NCBI GenBank assembly: GCA_951406725.2
Contig: OX597829.1
Span: forward strand, 13,206,001-13,270,000
Length of the DNA stretch: 64,000 bases
From: Octopus vulgaris
Lineage: Eukaryota
Reading direction: 5' to 3'
The notes beneath the pieces are model-generated. The model did no database searches, was not told where the DNA came from, and was given only the letters and a program-made list of their open reading frames with translations. Positions 38,388 to 51,220 of the stretch are shown here, piece by piece (positions within the stretch are counted from its first letter, which is position 1; each line of letters starts with the position of its first letter). Made by a program: the position numbers and the translations under genes.

Positions 38388-38599
38388 TATAATCAAAATA
38401 AGCAACAAGGATAACTAGAGGTAATGTTGTACGATCGTTTCATTCGACTCCATTTAATTGAACAATGCAAACATTACTTCAATTTAAAATGTAGAGCAAT
38501 CTTCAGCTGCACAAAAAACAGAATTTCAATTAAATGGAGTCCCATGAAACGATCGTACTGCATTAGCTTTAGATATCCTTGCTGCTTATTTTGATTATA
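38388..38599. mobile_element. Fold-back unit with ~75-bp inverted repeats and a hammerhead 3'-half remnant
   Basis: Inverted repeat 38388-38462 / 38525-38599. GAAAC-GATC-GTA ctg at 38546-38560, but the 5' core is degenerate. Confidence 0.6.
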
Positions 38600-38683
38600 A
38601 TCACCCTATTTTAAATGATATGGATAATACCATACTAAATTCTGGTGCCTCAACTTAAGTACCATATTCATATGAATCTATCA

Positions 38684-38773
<90 letters not shown>

Positions 38774-38947
38774 GTGTGTATACATATATATATATGTATA
38801 TATACACACACATATAAATATGTATATATATGTGTGTGTGTACTATACTATAAAATAATAAGCCCTGGGCGCGATTTGGTTGGCTGGAACCCTTGAGGCC
38901 GGTGCTCCAGCATGGCTGCAGTCAAATGTCTGAAACAACTTAAAGAA

Positions 38948-39043
38948 AATTATTTACATTATTTACTTCTGACGGATATTTATCCTCATCTTGTTTGTTG
39001 TTAACACAACGTTTCGGCTGATATACCCTCCAGCCTCCAGATG

Positions 39044-39075
<32 letters not shown>

Positions 39076-39629
39076 GAGTGAGCGAGCAGAGCATGCCATC
39101 AAAGTGACACTGGGGTAAAATATACGAAGCCCAGTATACCCATCATGACTACCCGTCTGATAAGGGTACACCAGGCACATGCATCACAACCATATGTGCG
39201 CGACATGGTGATCTCATATCAAGATAAACAGCACATGACCTTGCAGGTGGAGCCCAGTTAGAATTTTCTTCAGATCGAGTAACCCATCCCGCTCAAACGG
39301 TCCCTGAATAAGGGTTGTTTAAGGACGTTGAACGAAACACCCATGTTTCCAGAGGTGAATTATTCAAACCCCAAAGAATCCTTCTCAACACATGGCTATG
39401 ATGCTCCCCCACTACTTCTGCTCGTGATCAGAGATGCACATATCGTCAGCCACTAAGGGACATGCTCAACTGGTTAAGGTCAAACAACTGACAAGCAAAT
39501 CTGTGGTATTGAGCAGAATATTTGCTGTAGCCCATCTTTTATACCAAGACAAAACAATGTACATGATAACACTTCCAATCAGTTAAGATCAGAAGCCATG
39601 AGAGCCACTGCCTGGTACTGCATCAGGGC

Positions 39630-39701
<72 letters not shown>

Positions 39702-40545
39702 CATTATTATTATTCGAACTCGGAATCTTGGGGTCAGTGCTGCTTCTTTTAGTTTTCGTATTTTCCAGCGGAGTTCTCTGTCTATTATTTTAAATTTATC
39801 CACAGTGGGAGGTGGTCTCCATTTTTACATACATAATCAGCTATACCCGATTTATCGATATCTCCCCGTGTCACAGCTTTGCAAAGTTCGTCTACCCTTA
39901 TTTTGAAGGGTCGGCATGTTTCACCTTTGTATAACCTACCACAGCTGCAGGGGATGGAGTACACGCAGTTTTTGGTCATATTCTCTTCTATTGGTGGTTT
40001 TACTCGAAGGAGATATTTGCGAAGTGTTGTATTGCTTTTGAATACTGTCCTGATGTTATATGGGCCGCATATCTTTTGTATCTTTTCGGAGGGGCCTTTC
40101 ACATAGGGAGACAGACTGTGAACAGTTTATTGGTTTCATCCTCTCTTTTCTTCATAATTGGAGTGGAGAGAATGTTTTTGAGGTAGTTGTTGCTTAATAG
40201 ATTGTTACTGAGCTTGATCATTTCTTCGTGGTGGCTATCACGATCGCTTCTTTGCTCGATGCTTTAGACACTGAGCAATCTCTCTCTTTACACTGTATGG
40301 ATGGTGGGAATTCGCTGGACGATACAGAGTACAGATATGAGAAGCATATGTGAACCAGTATTAAGGAATGATAAGAAAATATTAGATTTATTAGAAATAA
40401 GAACCCAGGTCCGAAATTTCCCCAAGACACCTGAAGAAGGCTGGAGGGAGTATCAAGATGAGGACAAAGATCCATCAAACGTGAATAATGTAAATAATGT
40501 ACATAATTACTCATCTGTTAAATATAGAACTGCAAATTAAAGAAG
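38948..40545 (-). mobile_element. Penelope-like element remnant: GIY-YIG fragment (39730-40230, minus), pLTR fragment at left, inverted ORF-end plus pLTR at right
   Basis: NCVYSIPCSCGRLYKGETCRPFKIRV..SGIAD..KIIDRE..RKLKEA on the minus strand. 40454-40510 is the reverse complement of 38948-38995. Confidence 0.8.
39076..39630 (-). mobile_element. 555-bp non-coding insertion with (ATT)n on both sides
   Basis: Sharp boundaries against perfect (ATT)n arrays and no long ORF. 39380-39525 is shared with the 6150/44309/57200 MITE family. Strand is inferred from (AAT)n polarity. Confidence 0.65.
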
Positions 40546-40553
40546 TATATATA

Positions 40554-41041
40554 TTGGGTTGGCCAAAATGTCCGTTTCGTTTTTTCTAGTATCAACTGAC
40601 CGGTCTTCTAATCACTGTTCCGATATTCTTTTTCTTTAGAAACTGTATTCAGTATAACGACCAAGGTTACATCAGTGAGTAACAAGCCTCAAAGGAGAGA
40701 GATTGCAGCTTGTTTGATTGCATTTGAGCCTAGACATGGAAGACCGGGCGGAGTACTATCGGCATCTTATACTTTTTTCCCATCTATTTCGGTTACTGCA
40801 AAATTCATTGAATGGAAAAAATTTTACTTCTGGTGAAGACGTGAAAACTTTCTTGGAATTTTTTTTGCTAATAAAGAGCCTAATTCTTCGAACAGGGGAT
40901 TAAAGATCTACCCAACAGGTGGCGAAAGGTTATAGAAGCAAATGATAACTATTGTATTGATTAAATACATTTTTCACAATTGTTTACTTTATTTTCATTT
41001 TCACCTAAAAAAAAAACGAACGGACTTTTTGGCCAAACCAA
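40554..41041 (+). mobile_element. Internally deleted mariner (mellifera-like) with TIRs and TA TSD
   Basis: TA-TTGGGTTGGCCAAAATGTCCGTT ... AACGGACTTTTTGGCCAAACCAA-TA. N-terminal MEDRAEYYRHLILF is fused to C-terminal HLFRLLQNSLNGKNF..GIKDLPNRWRKVI. Confidence 0.88.
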
Positions 41042-41562
41042 TATATAAGATACTCACACAGACACACGCTCACACACACAAACACTCACACACGTACACA
41101 TACACATACACACTTACCACATCTATTATAGAAGCTAAAGAATAGAAAACCTGAAAAATTATCGAAAAGCTTTTCGAACGAAAATCAAAATGTAAATTGT
41201 GTTGAATAGTTCATATACGTCTATTGACTTGGACAGTGTCCTAATGAATATTGTATGGAGATAGGACCGTAGTGTTGTGATAGCTTCGTCTGCTGCGACA
41301 TATACACAGCCTGACGTCATAACAGCCGACGCCCAGAACCGGATATGCAACATGGTGACGATAATGACGACCACGATGATGGAGACGACGACAACGACGA
41401 TGACAGCAAAACAATAACAACGAAAACAATGATGATGATGATGATGAATATTACGCTTATCATAATTACGGTGATAATATAAATATATGTGGATGTCCGT
41501 GCAAGAACCGGCTATGCAACATAATTGCTAGTAAAATATGTGCTGTGTCTGTATGTGTGTGC

Positions 41563-41603
<41 letters not shown>

Positions 41604-42086
41604 CATATATATGTATACACACACTTACATATACATAAATACATATATATTTGTATGTGTATGCATGTGTGTATATATGTACATGACTATGTATATGCAC
41701 ATGCTCATGTATATATATATCTATGTTATAAATTGGATATGGGCGATCGTTGTATTGTTTCTTGTCTTGAGGTTCACAGCCAAACGTGGGTGGATTCGCG
41801 TGAAAAATGGCGCTCAGGTGGAGACAGGTGCACAGACTGGAATGCAGTTTGTATTTTTTCCTAACCTCCATACTTACCGAGAAAATCAATTAAAACTTTT
41901 TCTAATAGAATTTCCCTTTCTTCCGCCATTAAAACAACCAGTTGCTTAGAAGCTGTTTTCTGACGGGATGGGGGTCAGGAAATTTTCACATAGCTGGAGG
42001 ATCCAATCGAAACAGGAGACGTCTAACCGAAAACGATCACAGCCACATCATCCAATCAGACCAGGTGAAATCAGGCTTAGCTGCTA

Positions 42087-42139
<53 letters not shown>

Positions 42140-42169
42140 CCAAAGTTTACGTACGCCGCTATATGTTTT

Positions 42170-42965
42170 ATATATAAATACAAAATGGGACAAGAACGCA
42201 AAACATCCAGATAGACGATACAAAGAAAGCAAGGACGAGTCATTCGAAGTTTTCTTATCGTACACTTTGGTCTCTTGTATGTAAGTATATATTTATCTAA
42301 ATCTTCTACGGCTCTATTCTTTCTATTATTCTTTCCTTCTTTCTATCAGCCCTTTCACGCTTACTTCGTTCATTCCACTCTTCGTTCTTTCGTTTCCCCT
42401 CTCTCACATTTCCAGGCCTTCTCTTCATGCTCACTTTCCCTCCTCTTTTCACTTCACATTTTTCTCTCCCCTACTTATTTCTTCTGTCCCTCTGCCTCTA
42501 CCCCTCTCTTTTCTCTCCCCACGTGTTCGGTGTTCGGCCAAGCCTGACCTTCCTTTCTTGGTTTGGTCGCCGTCCCTGTAACATCTATATTCCTCCCTGT
42601 GCCTGAGAAATTTTGTATCCCTGCTGTAAGGCTTTACGTCCACACACGCCAGCTTAATTTAATTCGGTCTTAGTCGAAAGACAACTGTTGTTATGTCCTG
42701 TTATTTGTATTTGTGTAACATTATCAGTTTTTTTTCTGTCTTTGTTTTCGTGTACATTCACTGCTTTCTTCCAAGGAATCTAATGCTCTTAGCTTAGTTT
42801 TACTTTGGGACTGGGAAGATTGACGCAATCTCGAGTATTACCAGTCAAAATTGCAAAGATAATCTGGAATTCGACTGAGGAAAGAAAACTCCGGATGACC
42901 CGTCTTTGTTTTCTTTGTATCGTATTTTTTGTTGTCCCTTTTTTGTATCACCTAACTGTCTGGAG
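42170..42965 (+). mobile_element. Penelope pLTR-like non-autonomous unit with inverted terminal segment; second copy at 61535-61736 (minus)
   Basis: 42214-42256 is the reverse complement of 42882-42923. GGAATCTAATGCTCTTA block is shared with 61720-61736. Confidence 0.65.
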
Positions 42966-43679
42966 ACGGAAAAAACTGAGACGGAAAACAGATTTTAATT
43001 AAAGTTGAACTGATTCTGATTGGGTGAAATAGAAACATTTTTCAAAATATTTCTCTTCAGCAATGAGAATAAAAATAGCTCTTGAAGTTGCAACAAGGTC
43101 ATTGATTACTAATAATTTCTTACATGAAAATGTCTTTTGTTTTATTTTTGTTTAGTCCTAACCTATCGGACATTGACCATACCAATGATCGAATGCATTG
43201 CACATCTGATCATTTTGTCTGCTCCAAGTTATTGAAAATGACATTATCCGATATGGAGTATGATTAAGTGACATTTGTCTGCTTTTTCTCGTGCATCGCA
43301 CGACTAAGCAGAGGAATCCTCGTAAAGAGTTCATTCCTGGGCATGTTTTTGTTGAAATAATTGTTTTTACATCTGGACACTCTTCCAATTATTACCGTGA
43401 ACTTAATTGTGAAGTAATTGGTTTGCTTTTACAATATCCTTCTAATAAGTGAGTTCTCTCTCTATTTGACATAGGTTTTAAGTTTAAAAGATTCACACAG
43501 ATTCAAAGAAAGAGGAAAGAAATGAGAGGGAAAAAGAAGAAAATAGGAAAAAAGGGCGGGGTAAAGCAGCGGAAGATGGAGGGAGATGGGGCAATGGGCC
43601 ATATATTCCAGAACTGGTGGAGAGCTCAGCCACGCTCCGCGGTAATGACCACAATTACATTACCAGCAACACTCATTAT

Positions 43680-44130
43680 CATCATCATCATTGTTCGCTA
43701 CAGCAGCTATTCCACCTCACGGGGCTAATTTCTCCAACAGGTCGATGTTATCCCTATTTTGCAGAGAAAATTGGTAGTATGAGATCCTAGTTAACTTGTC
43801 TCAACGGCGTCTGATGCAAACTGATAGTGACCAGGAAAGCACCTATATTTATTGATTTTTCTCTCTTCCGCACTACAGGTGGCGACATCCAGGTTTGCAG
43901 GTAATGCTGCAAGGTTGGAACTGAAGTACGTGTCGCTCCACGTCGCGTCCCAGGCTAGAGATCTGCCTGTCTTGAATGGAAAGAGGGTTGCCATGTCGAG
44001 GTTATTACCATTCCCATGATCGAGATCTGCAAGTTCATGTTGAAACAAGAACCTAGCCGCATTAAGACACCACCCCCCACTGATTATGCCATTATTTCAT
44101 TCAGAAAGGCATGTTGAGGGAATGCCCCAC
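43680..44130 (-). pseudogene. CRE-like non-LTR retrotransposon 3' fragment (RLE domain) with short (GAT)n tail
   Basis: LDMATLFPFKTGRSLAWDATWSDT..AEERKINKYR..AVET resembles the CRE RPDG..PW..G..L.WDAT..DT..K..KY endonuclease. Confidence 0.72.
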
Positions 44131-44308
44131 GCTAAGGCTGTAGAATAAAGGACGCAGGCCTAATTCGATCACTACCGTTCCGCAGTGACGTTTGTGCGGC
44201 TTGCACAGTATACGTTGGTATCTTCTTGAGTCGACTTAACGAGATACATGGATGATATTGCAGTAGTAAATCTCTCATAAGCAGAAGTAGTTTGAAGATG
44301 CTTGACAA

Positions 44309-44789
44309 CACTGTGTAACAAAATTTTTAATTTTCTTTTTTATTTATTCATTTATTGTCTGTGATCAGTTAATGCTATTTCTTATTTGCTTCTATCCAAA
44401 AATCAAAGTAACTGATTACTATTCCTTCCAAACTTTGCATTTGTTACCTGGATATCAGTGTTTTGAAATTCACTTATTTTCCATTATATTTCAGACAGAT
44501 TCAGGGTTGAGTTGCTGAAGCAGAAATATCGTTATAGCAAATTGTTTTGCTGAGTAGCACAGATTTTCTTGTCAGTTGCTTGACCTCAACCTGTTGAGCA
44601 TGTCCTTTTGTGGCTGACAATATGTGCATCTCTGATGATGAGCAAGAGTAGTGGGGAGTTTTTGAGGTTCGAATAAATGTAATGAAAACAAAGTTTAAAG
44701 GAAATATTAGCCAATTTTCATACTTTCTAGGAATAATCAAATAGAAAGTAACAGTTGCTACTTAAGGACAAAATTCGTGTTACAAAGTG
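44309..44789 (-). mobile_element. ~480-bp MITE with CACTGTGTAACA-type TIRs
   Basis: CACTGTGTAACAAAATTT ... AAATTCGTGTTACAAAGTG followed by TA. Homologous to 6150-6612 and 57200-57676. Confidence 0.7.
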
Positions 44790-45384
44790 TAATTTTTGAA
44801 GGTGCATAAAATTTGGACAGCGACGTGTTTATACGGAATTTTATTTAAGTAACTCACAGTGTAATGGAAAACATATGATCCCATCGAATACAAACACTAG
44901 CAAACTATCCACTTAAAAATACATGACAAATGAAAGCTTAGATAATGAATGTTTTCTATTAAATATGTAGAATGTAACAGGTTTTTCATACACAGAGCCA
45001 TTCGTTCGTTTCATAAACGCTTTAGAGAGCACATAAAAAAAAGCCATTTCGACAGCTGTCAGACCACAGAAGTTATGGTTTTCTATCAAGTTCTTCGCTA
45101 GAAACATCGGTGGTAACTTATGTATTCAAAAAGTAATATTTATTAGGCTCCTGCAACCACAGTCGAATAATTTACCAGGAGCTTCTCAACTGTCAAAATT
45201 TTATAGCATGATATAAATTTTGCAGTTGATACAGCCATTGCAATGCATGTGTTTCGAGAAATACTACCAGTTTTAGCGTTTTTTATACTTTATTTCTTAA
45301 TTGAAATTGGTTTTGTTTCAAATTTATTACGTCCTTTTAAAACGATATATTAAATTAATATATTTTTCTTTGCTTTAGCATTTA

Positions 45385-45790
45385 TATTTTATTTGTTTCA
45401 GTCACTAGACTGCGGTCATGCTGGGGCACCACCTTGAAGAATTTTCAGTCCTATTTTTAAGCCAGGTACTTATTCTGTCGGTTACCTTTGCCGAACCGCT
45501 AAGTTACGGAGATGTAAACGTGCCAACACCAGTTGTCAAGTGGTGGAATGGGAACAAACACAGACACACACAGACACACACACACACACACACACACACA
45601 TGCACACGCACGCACACGCACGCACACACACATATATATACATGATGGCCTTCTTATAGTTTCCATCTTCCAAATCTACTCACAAGGCTTTGGTCGGCTG
45701 AAGACTATAGTAGAAGACACCAAGGTGCCACGCAGTGGGACTGTACTCGGAGCCATTTTGTTGGGAAGCAAGTTTCGTACCTCATAGTCA
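45385..45790 (-). mobile_element. SINE family A copy
   Basis: TTGTTTCAGTCACTAGACTGCGGTCATGCTGGGGCACC..GCCGAACCGCTAAGTTACGG..GCCACGCAGTGGGACTG. Confidence 0.8.
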
Positions 45791-46214
45791 CATTACTTTT
45801 CTTAACTTTTCTATTTCTTATAGTATTTTTAAAAAGATATTCAGGCGATTTATACGTATTATTTCTGACTGTAAAAAAGACCACAGTTTACGAAACAAAT
45901 AAATGAAAAGAAATTAAAAAAGTGAAAAATAAATAACGTGAAGAGGTCAATTCACATGTTTATGTAGTACACATGGTGATACTGCGGATGATGGCCTGGT
46001 CAAGACAGTGGGACAGTCAAGTATCCCACCAAACATCATCTTCAGTGAGACGAGACTTCTAACAAAGTCAAAATTTTATGTTAGCGTCCCAGGGCGCCGG
46101 ACGTCTCAAACCACCAAATAATGATATTTCGGTATCGTATCCCGTTCGTGTGCAATTCTGTTTCATTACACGTTTAACCTCATCAGGTATGACTTTTCCT
46201 TATTTTTATATTTT

Positions 46215-46793
46215 ATTCTTTTATTCTTTTACTTGTTTCAGTCATTAGATTATTGCCATGCTGGAGCACCGCCTGGAAAAAATTTCAGTGGAACAAATCG
46301 AACCAGTACTTTTTAAAAGCTTCATACTTGTTCTGTCTGTCTGTCTTTTTTCTATAGGAACATTTTGTCGAACTGCTAGTGTTACTGTTGCCTAAGTAAA
46401 CGCCAACTCCAGCTGTTGTCAAGTTATTATGGGCACAAATACAAACACACACACACACGCACACTCATACACACACACACGCACACACACACACACGCAC
46501 AAACACACACACGTCTTTTAGTTTTCGTCCATCAAATATACTTACAAGGCTTTGGTTCTCCCGAAGTTACTGTGCAAGACACAGCCACGCCTGCAGCTAT
46601 ATGTGTGTGTGCGTGTGCGTGTGTGCTTACATATACGACGGCCGTCTTTCAGTTTCCATCTGCCACATCAACTCACAACCTTTTGTCGGTCCGAGGCTTC
46701 AGTAGAAGAGACTTGCTCAAGATATCACGCAGCGGGACTGAAACCGGAAGCATGTGATTGGGAAGTACACTTCCTACCACACAGCCACGCCTG
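46215..46793 (-). mobile_element. SINE family A copies (one plus an extra 5' half)
   Basis: Same motifs as other family A copies, with ACACAGCCACGCCTG occurring twice. Confidence 0.7.
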
Positions 46794-47019
46794 ATTTGTT
46801 TTGGGAAAGTAAAGAAAATACAATCTGAATCTTTTCAACTTCTTCCTCTATTTAATCTCCTTAGCCAGGGGCAGTATACACAATAATACAGCTATATACT
46901 AACTTAAAGAATCAACTGCTATTCGAACTTCCGTACAATGCGTCTCAATAAGACAGAACATCACAGTAGTAATATCGGGCCAGGAATTACATGAAACTAT
47001 CATTGATTGAGCCGAAAGT

Positions 47020-47940
47020 GTTCAGAGGCAGTATTGATATCGCGAGGTAATATGTATCCGCACTTAAACATGGGATGATCTGTTAAGGAAAACTATACTG
47101 CGGTAGATACGATGAGAGAAACTCTAATATTGTGTTTTTGGTGCAAAATGCACTCTTGTTTATATTGCTAGAGAGGAGATAAAACCCCGTCACTAGCGTG
47201 AGACCATCAGATCACATGATTTCAACCTTCCTTGGTCTTATTGGTGATGGACGCTCGACCGCTAGAGACAGCAGCGATTCACCTCATCGCCAGCAATGTA
47301 TGGTTTGAGAGTGCCAGACGAGGCGCTGGTGTCACGATTAGGCAGTTAAGTCGTTAACAAACACATATATTAGTGACATAGGCAGTGTTAATACCGAGAG
47401 GTAATATTTAGCCCCTCTTAGGGATTTAGCTTCCCGCTAGTGATATAACAAAATATATCCCGCTAGTGATATATACAAAAAAAAATGATCATTTCTTAAA
47501 TGGCAACTGCTGCTGTATAGTTTGTTCTAATAGTACATCCACGTTTAAGTGGAGATGAATATTATTTCTCGGTATTAAAGCGGCCTCTGTCGCTAATATA
47601 TATATATTTTTTAAGAAACTCACTGGCTAATCGCGACATCAGCGGCTGTTCTGGCAGGTGCTGTAAATCTATTTATTACTGGCGGAGAAATGAGTTGAGT
47701 TGCTGCTGCCTCTAACGGTCGAATAACCATCGTTGATAAGTCGAAACCACGTGATCTGGTGGTCTCGGCGCTGATGGTGACGGGGATTTATCTCCCCAGC
47801 TAGTGATATAAACAAGGGTGTATTTTGCCCCAAAAGCAAATATGAGAGTTTCTATCATGATAATTACCGCAGTAAAGTTTGTCCTAACAGAACATTTAAG
47901 AATGAAAATTAACTCTCAGCAACTGCTTCTGTTGCTAATG
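47020..47940. mobile_element. Cluster of TTAGCGACAGAGG-family MITE copies in inverted arrangement
   Basis: 47090-47360 mirrors 47610-47885. The central small element 47371-47597 has TIRs TTAGTGACATAGGC..AATACCGAGA / TCTCGGTATT..GCCTCTGTCGCTAA. Confidence 0.7.
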
Positions 47941-48238
47941 TATCGCTTTCTTTTACATACCAGTGTATTTATTTATAACTCCTTTAAACTGACGAAGTCG
48001 ATAGGACATCGTACAAAAATAATTTGCTTCATTTATGTTCTGAGTTTAAATTTTTTTAATGACAACTTTGCCTTTCGTGAATCTGGATCGATAAAATGAA
48101 GTCTTAGTCAAGAACTGAATCTCAACGTAATCGACTGACTCTAGATTTTCATGCCATCTTTCCACAGTTGTATTTTTTTAATGTGTCTTCTATCAAGCCC
48201 GGAGCTAGGAAGTGCGGTGCCCAATGAAAGAATTGTCA

Positions 48239-48715
48239 GTGGGACCCCTCTACTCTACAAAAACTGAAGATTGAAGTTTTATGTTTCGTGTAGTACGCTA
48301 ATACCAACCAAAAAGCGTTCAGGGCCTGGTATTCTAAAAATTCATTATAGCATCCTCCACTCGAGCATGTGATCGGGGTCCTCTCTTGGCGCAGAACCCA
48401 ATTTGAACAAATCTGTCCAATTAGCATTAAACCTGTTCTGTCTAACACCACTACCGCCATCCCTGCCAGAAACTATTTCCATCAATAGATGCGGCACGAA
48501 GAAGTGTGGGGGCCCTCTACTCTAAAAAAGCTGAAGATTGACGTTTTATGCTTCGTGTAGTACGCCAGTTGCAGCCAAAATCGTTGTAGGTTTCAGGCTT
48601 CATCGTTAGCCCACAATGATATACTAAAAATTCATCATAGCGTCCTCCGCTCGAGCATGTCTGTTGGGCCCTTTCTTGACGCGGGACCCAGTTTGAACAA
48701 ATTTGTCTAATTGGC
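48239..48715. repeat. Two diverged tandem copies of a ~190-210-bp repeat
   Basis: CCCTCTACTCTA..CTGAAGATTGA.GTTTTATG.TTCGTGTAGTACGC..CTCGAGCATGT..TTTGAACAAAT at 48239 and 48506. Confidence 0.75.
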
Positions 48716-49493
48716 TTAAATCAGCCCAGATCCCTTTCCAGCTAATTATATAAAGTAACTGAAGAGCTAATTTGCAGTAACTCGAGCTGCAAAAAGTACC
48801 AACAAAATACCTCTTAAATAAATAACCTGTAACCTCATTTAAAAAAAAAGGCGTTGTTTTTGTGTTGCCTCATGTTATTCGCTGTTAGAACGTCATTCCT
48901 GTGGTATTGTCTTTTTCATTTTCCTTCATTTATTAGTGTATGATCAGTAATATTTTTTCAGCTCTTTGGCCGTGTTCGAACTTGTTTGTTTTCGGAGTAT
49001 GTTAAAGCCAGAAACATAAAATGCGCTATCATTTTTGACTTAGAAATTCATTATAAATTTAAAATGGAATTATTTCTTAAAATGACTCTATTCTCTAAAC
49101 CCAGCATCAGTAACACCTTGAAATAATATCCAATATGAAAATGAATTAAATTAGTTAAACTTAGAAAACATGACCATTCTCGGAGCAATGTGTGTGTATG
49201 TATATATGTATAGAAAGTATGGAAGTTTAGTTCACAAGTGATCTAAACGATTAGGTACGCTAGGTAAGTGCTGTAACGGATTACTAAGGCTCCAAGGTTA
49301 TAGCCGAGACGGTAGTGATGGAGCCATAGCAGATTTCCAATGCAGCGGATATATTAATTATTAAAAAGGACGACAAACTTTTATGGTTCATTTTTCTTCT
49401 TACTTTCCATCTCCTTATCCTTTTACTCACTTCCTCTATGTCGGCATTTAATTAGTATATAACATTCTCATTTTCTCTATTTTTTCCCCATTT

Positions 49494-49541
49494 GTCTCTG
49501 ATATCCCATACTCATGGATATCCCAGAAACAGCTGTAAGAC
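49494..49541 (+). ncRNA. Hammerhead remnant with a short deletion in the core
   Basis: gtct CTGAT[..]ATCC..GGATATCCCA GAAAC-AGCT-GTA agac. Stem I is gtct/agac and stem III is palindromic. Confidence 0.55.
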
Positions 49542-49622
49542 TGAATTTTTTTCCAGCAATAATATTGTATATGACTTGAGATGATTGCATTGTCTTAATG
49601 TTTGTTGTCCTCTCTAACAATT

Positions 49623-49683
<61 letters not shown>

Positions 49684-49740
49684 AAGAGGGGTTTAGTTCA
49701 CTGGTTATATACATTTATATATATATTTGGGTATGTATGA

Positions 49741-49793
<53 letters not shown>

Positions 49794-49962
49794 TATATAC
49801 AACCAAGACTTATATAACTGCATGTGTATGTGTGTATAAATATTTCTGTCAGTTGTACAATTATCTGTTTTCTATCTATATATACGCTTATTTATCTATC
49901 TACCGACCTACATATCTATCACTCTACCTACATTCCTGTCTATATATCTATAAATATTTCTT

Positions 49963-50043
<81 letters not shown>

Positions 50044-50596
50044 AAAACCATATTTAAACCCATATTTAAAACAAATACATATACTATTTGCAAACAACAA
50101 TACCAGTAAACATCTTTATGTGTTCAACATATTTTCCTCTTTCACTATTTTCTCATTTTGATCTTTTAGCAAAGATATCAATCAATAAAAAACATACTTT
50201 CACACGCTGTTACAAATACAAAATTTCTGTACATATTTACACATGCACAGATTATATAGATATTAGATCCTCTACTGTGTACACGTGATGGTAATCAAAC
50301 ACGTCCGCTCTCCCACTCATATGCATATATAAATACACATACGCATACCCATACAAAGATTCAATTTCTCAGACACGCAGTCATATACACATGTATACAT
50401 ATAAGCGTATTTATTGACATTAACTAACACTCAATAGCATACAAAATCACATTCCCTCCCTTCTCTTTCCCTGTTTCTTTTTCCTGTAATACTTCTGTCG
50501 GTTACTATCATGTGTATGTGTGTGAATATATACACACACACATCCATATATATATATTTGTGTGCGTGTGTGTGTGTATGTGTATGTGTGTATAAA

Positions 50597-50910
50597 TTAT
50601 TAAGGTGGCTAGTTGCAAGTTAAAAACCAAAAGGCACAAGTGCAATCGTCACTAAAGCGATATAGGGTACAACTATGCACCACCATTGTTAGAAATAATA
50701 GTCAAAACAACTTTAACCGAAGGCAAAGCAGTTCTTGACTGACTACAGCAAAATGGTAAAGTGAAAATTATTAATTATTAAGATGGTTAGTTGCAATTTA
50801 AAAACTGAAAGACACAAGTACAATCGTAACTAAAGTGACTAATGGTTCAAGTCAGCCACGGCATTGCTAGAAATAGGAGTCAAAGCAATTCTTAGCCACA
50901 GGCAAAGCAC
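50597..50910. repeat. Two diverged tandem repeats, period ~179 bp
   Basis: TTATTAAGRTGGYTAGTTGCAA..CACAAGT.CAATCGT.ACTAAAG..AGGCAAAGCA occurs twice. Confidence 0.75.
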
Positions 50911-51079
50911 TATACTGAAACAGCCACATATTCCTATGGTATTTTCTATAAACTGACAGAGCGAGTTCAGCTTAATTCTAGGCAGCGGAGTGTCAATGAT
51001 GAGGATTAATTCAATCGGAAATCATCGATAATCTGACGCTCTTACTTGCGATAGGGAGGCTGTCTCCCTTATCAGTCTA

Positions 51080-51207
51080 TGTATATATATCGGGCTTGTT
51101 ACAGTTTCCGTTTACCAAATTCACTCACAAGGCTTTGGTGGACACGAGACTATAGCAGAAAATACCTGCCCAAGATTTCGTACAGTGGGATTGAACCCAG
51201 AACCATA
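51080..51207 (-). mobile_element. SINE family A 5' half
   Basis: CAGTTTCCGTTTACCAAATTCACTCACAAGGCTTTGG..GAACCCAGAACCAT. Confidence 0.7.
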
Positions 51208-51220
51208 TGTATGTATGTAT

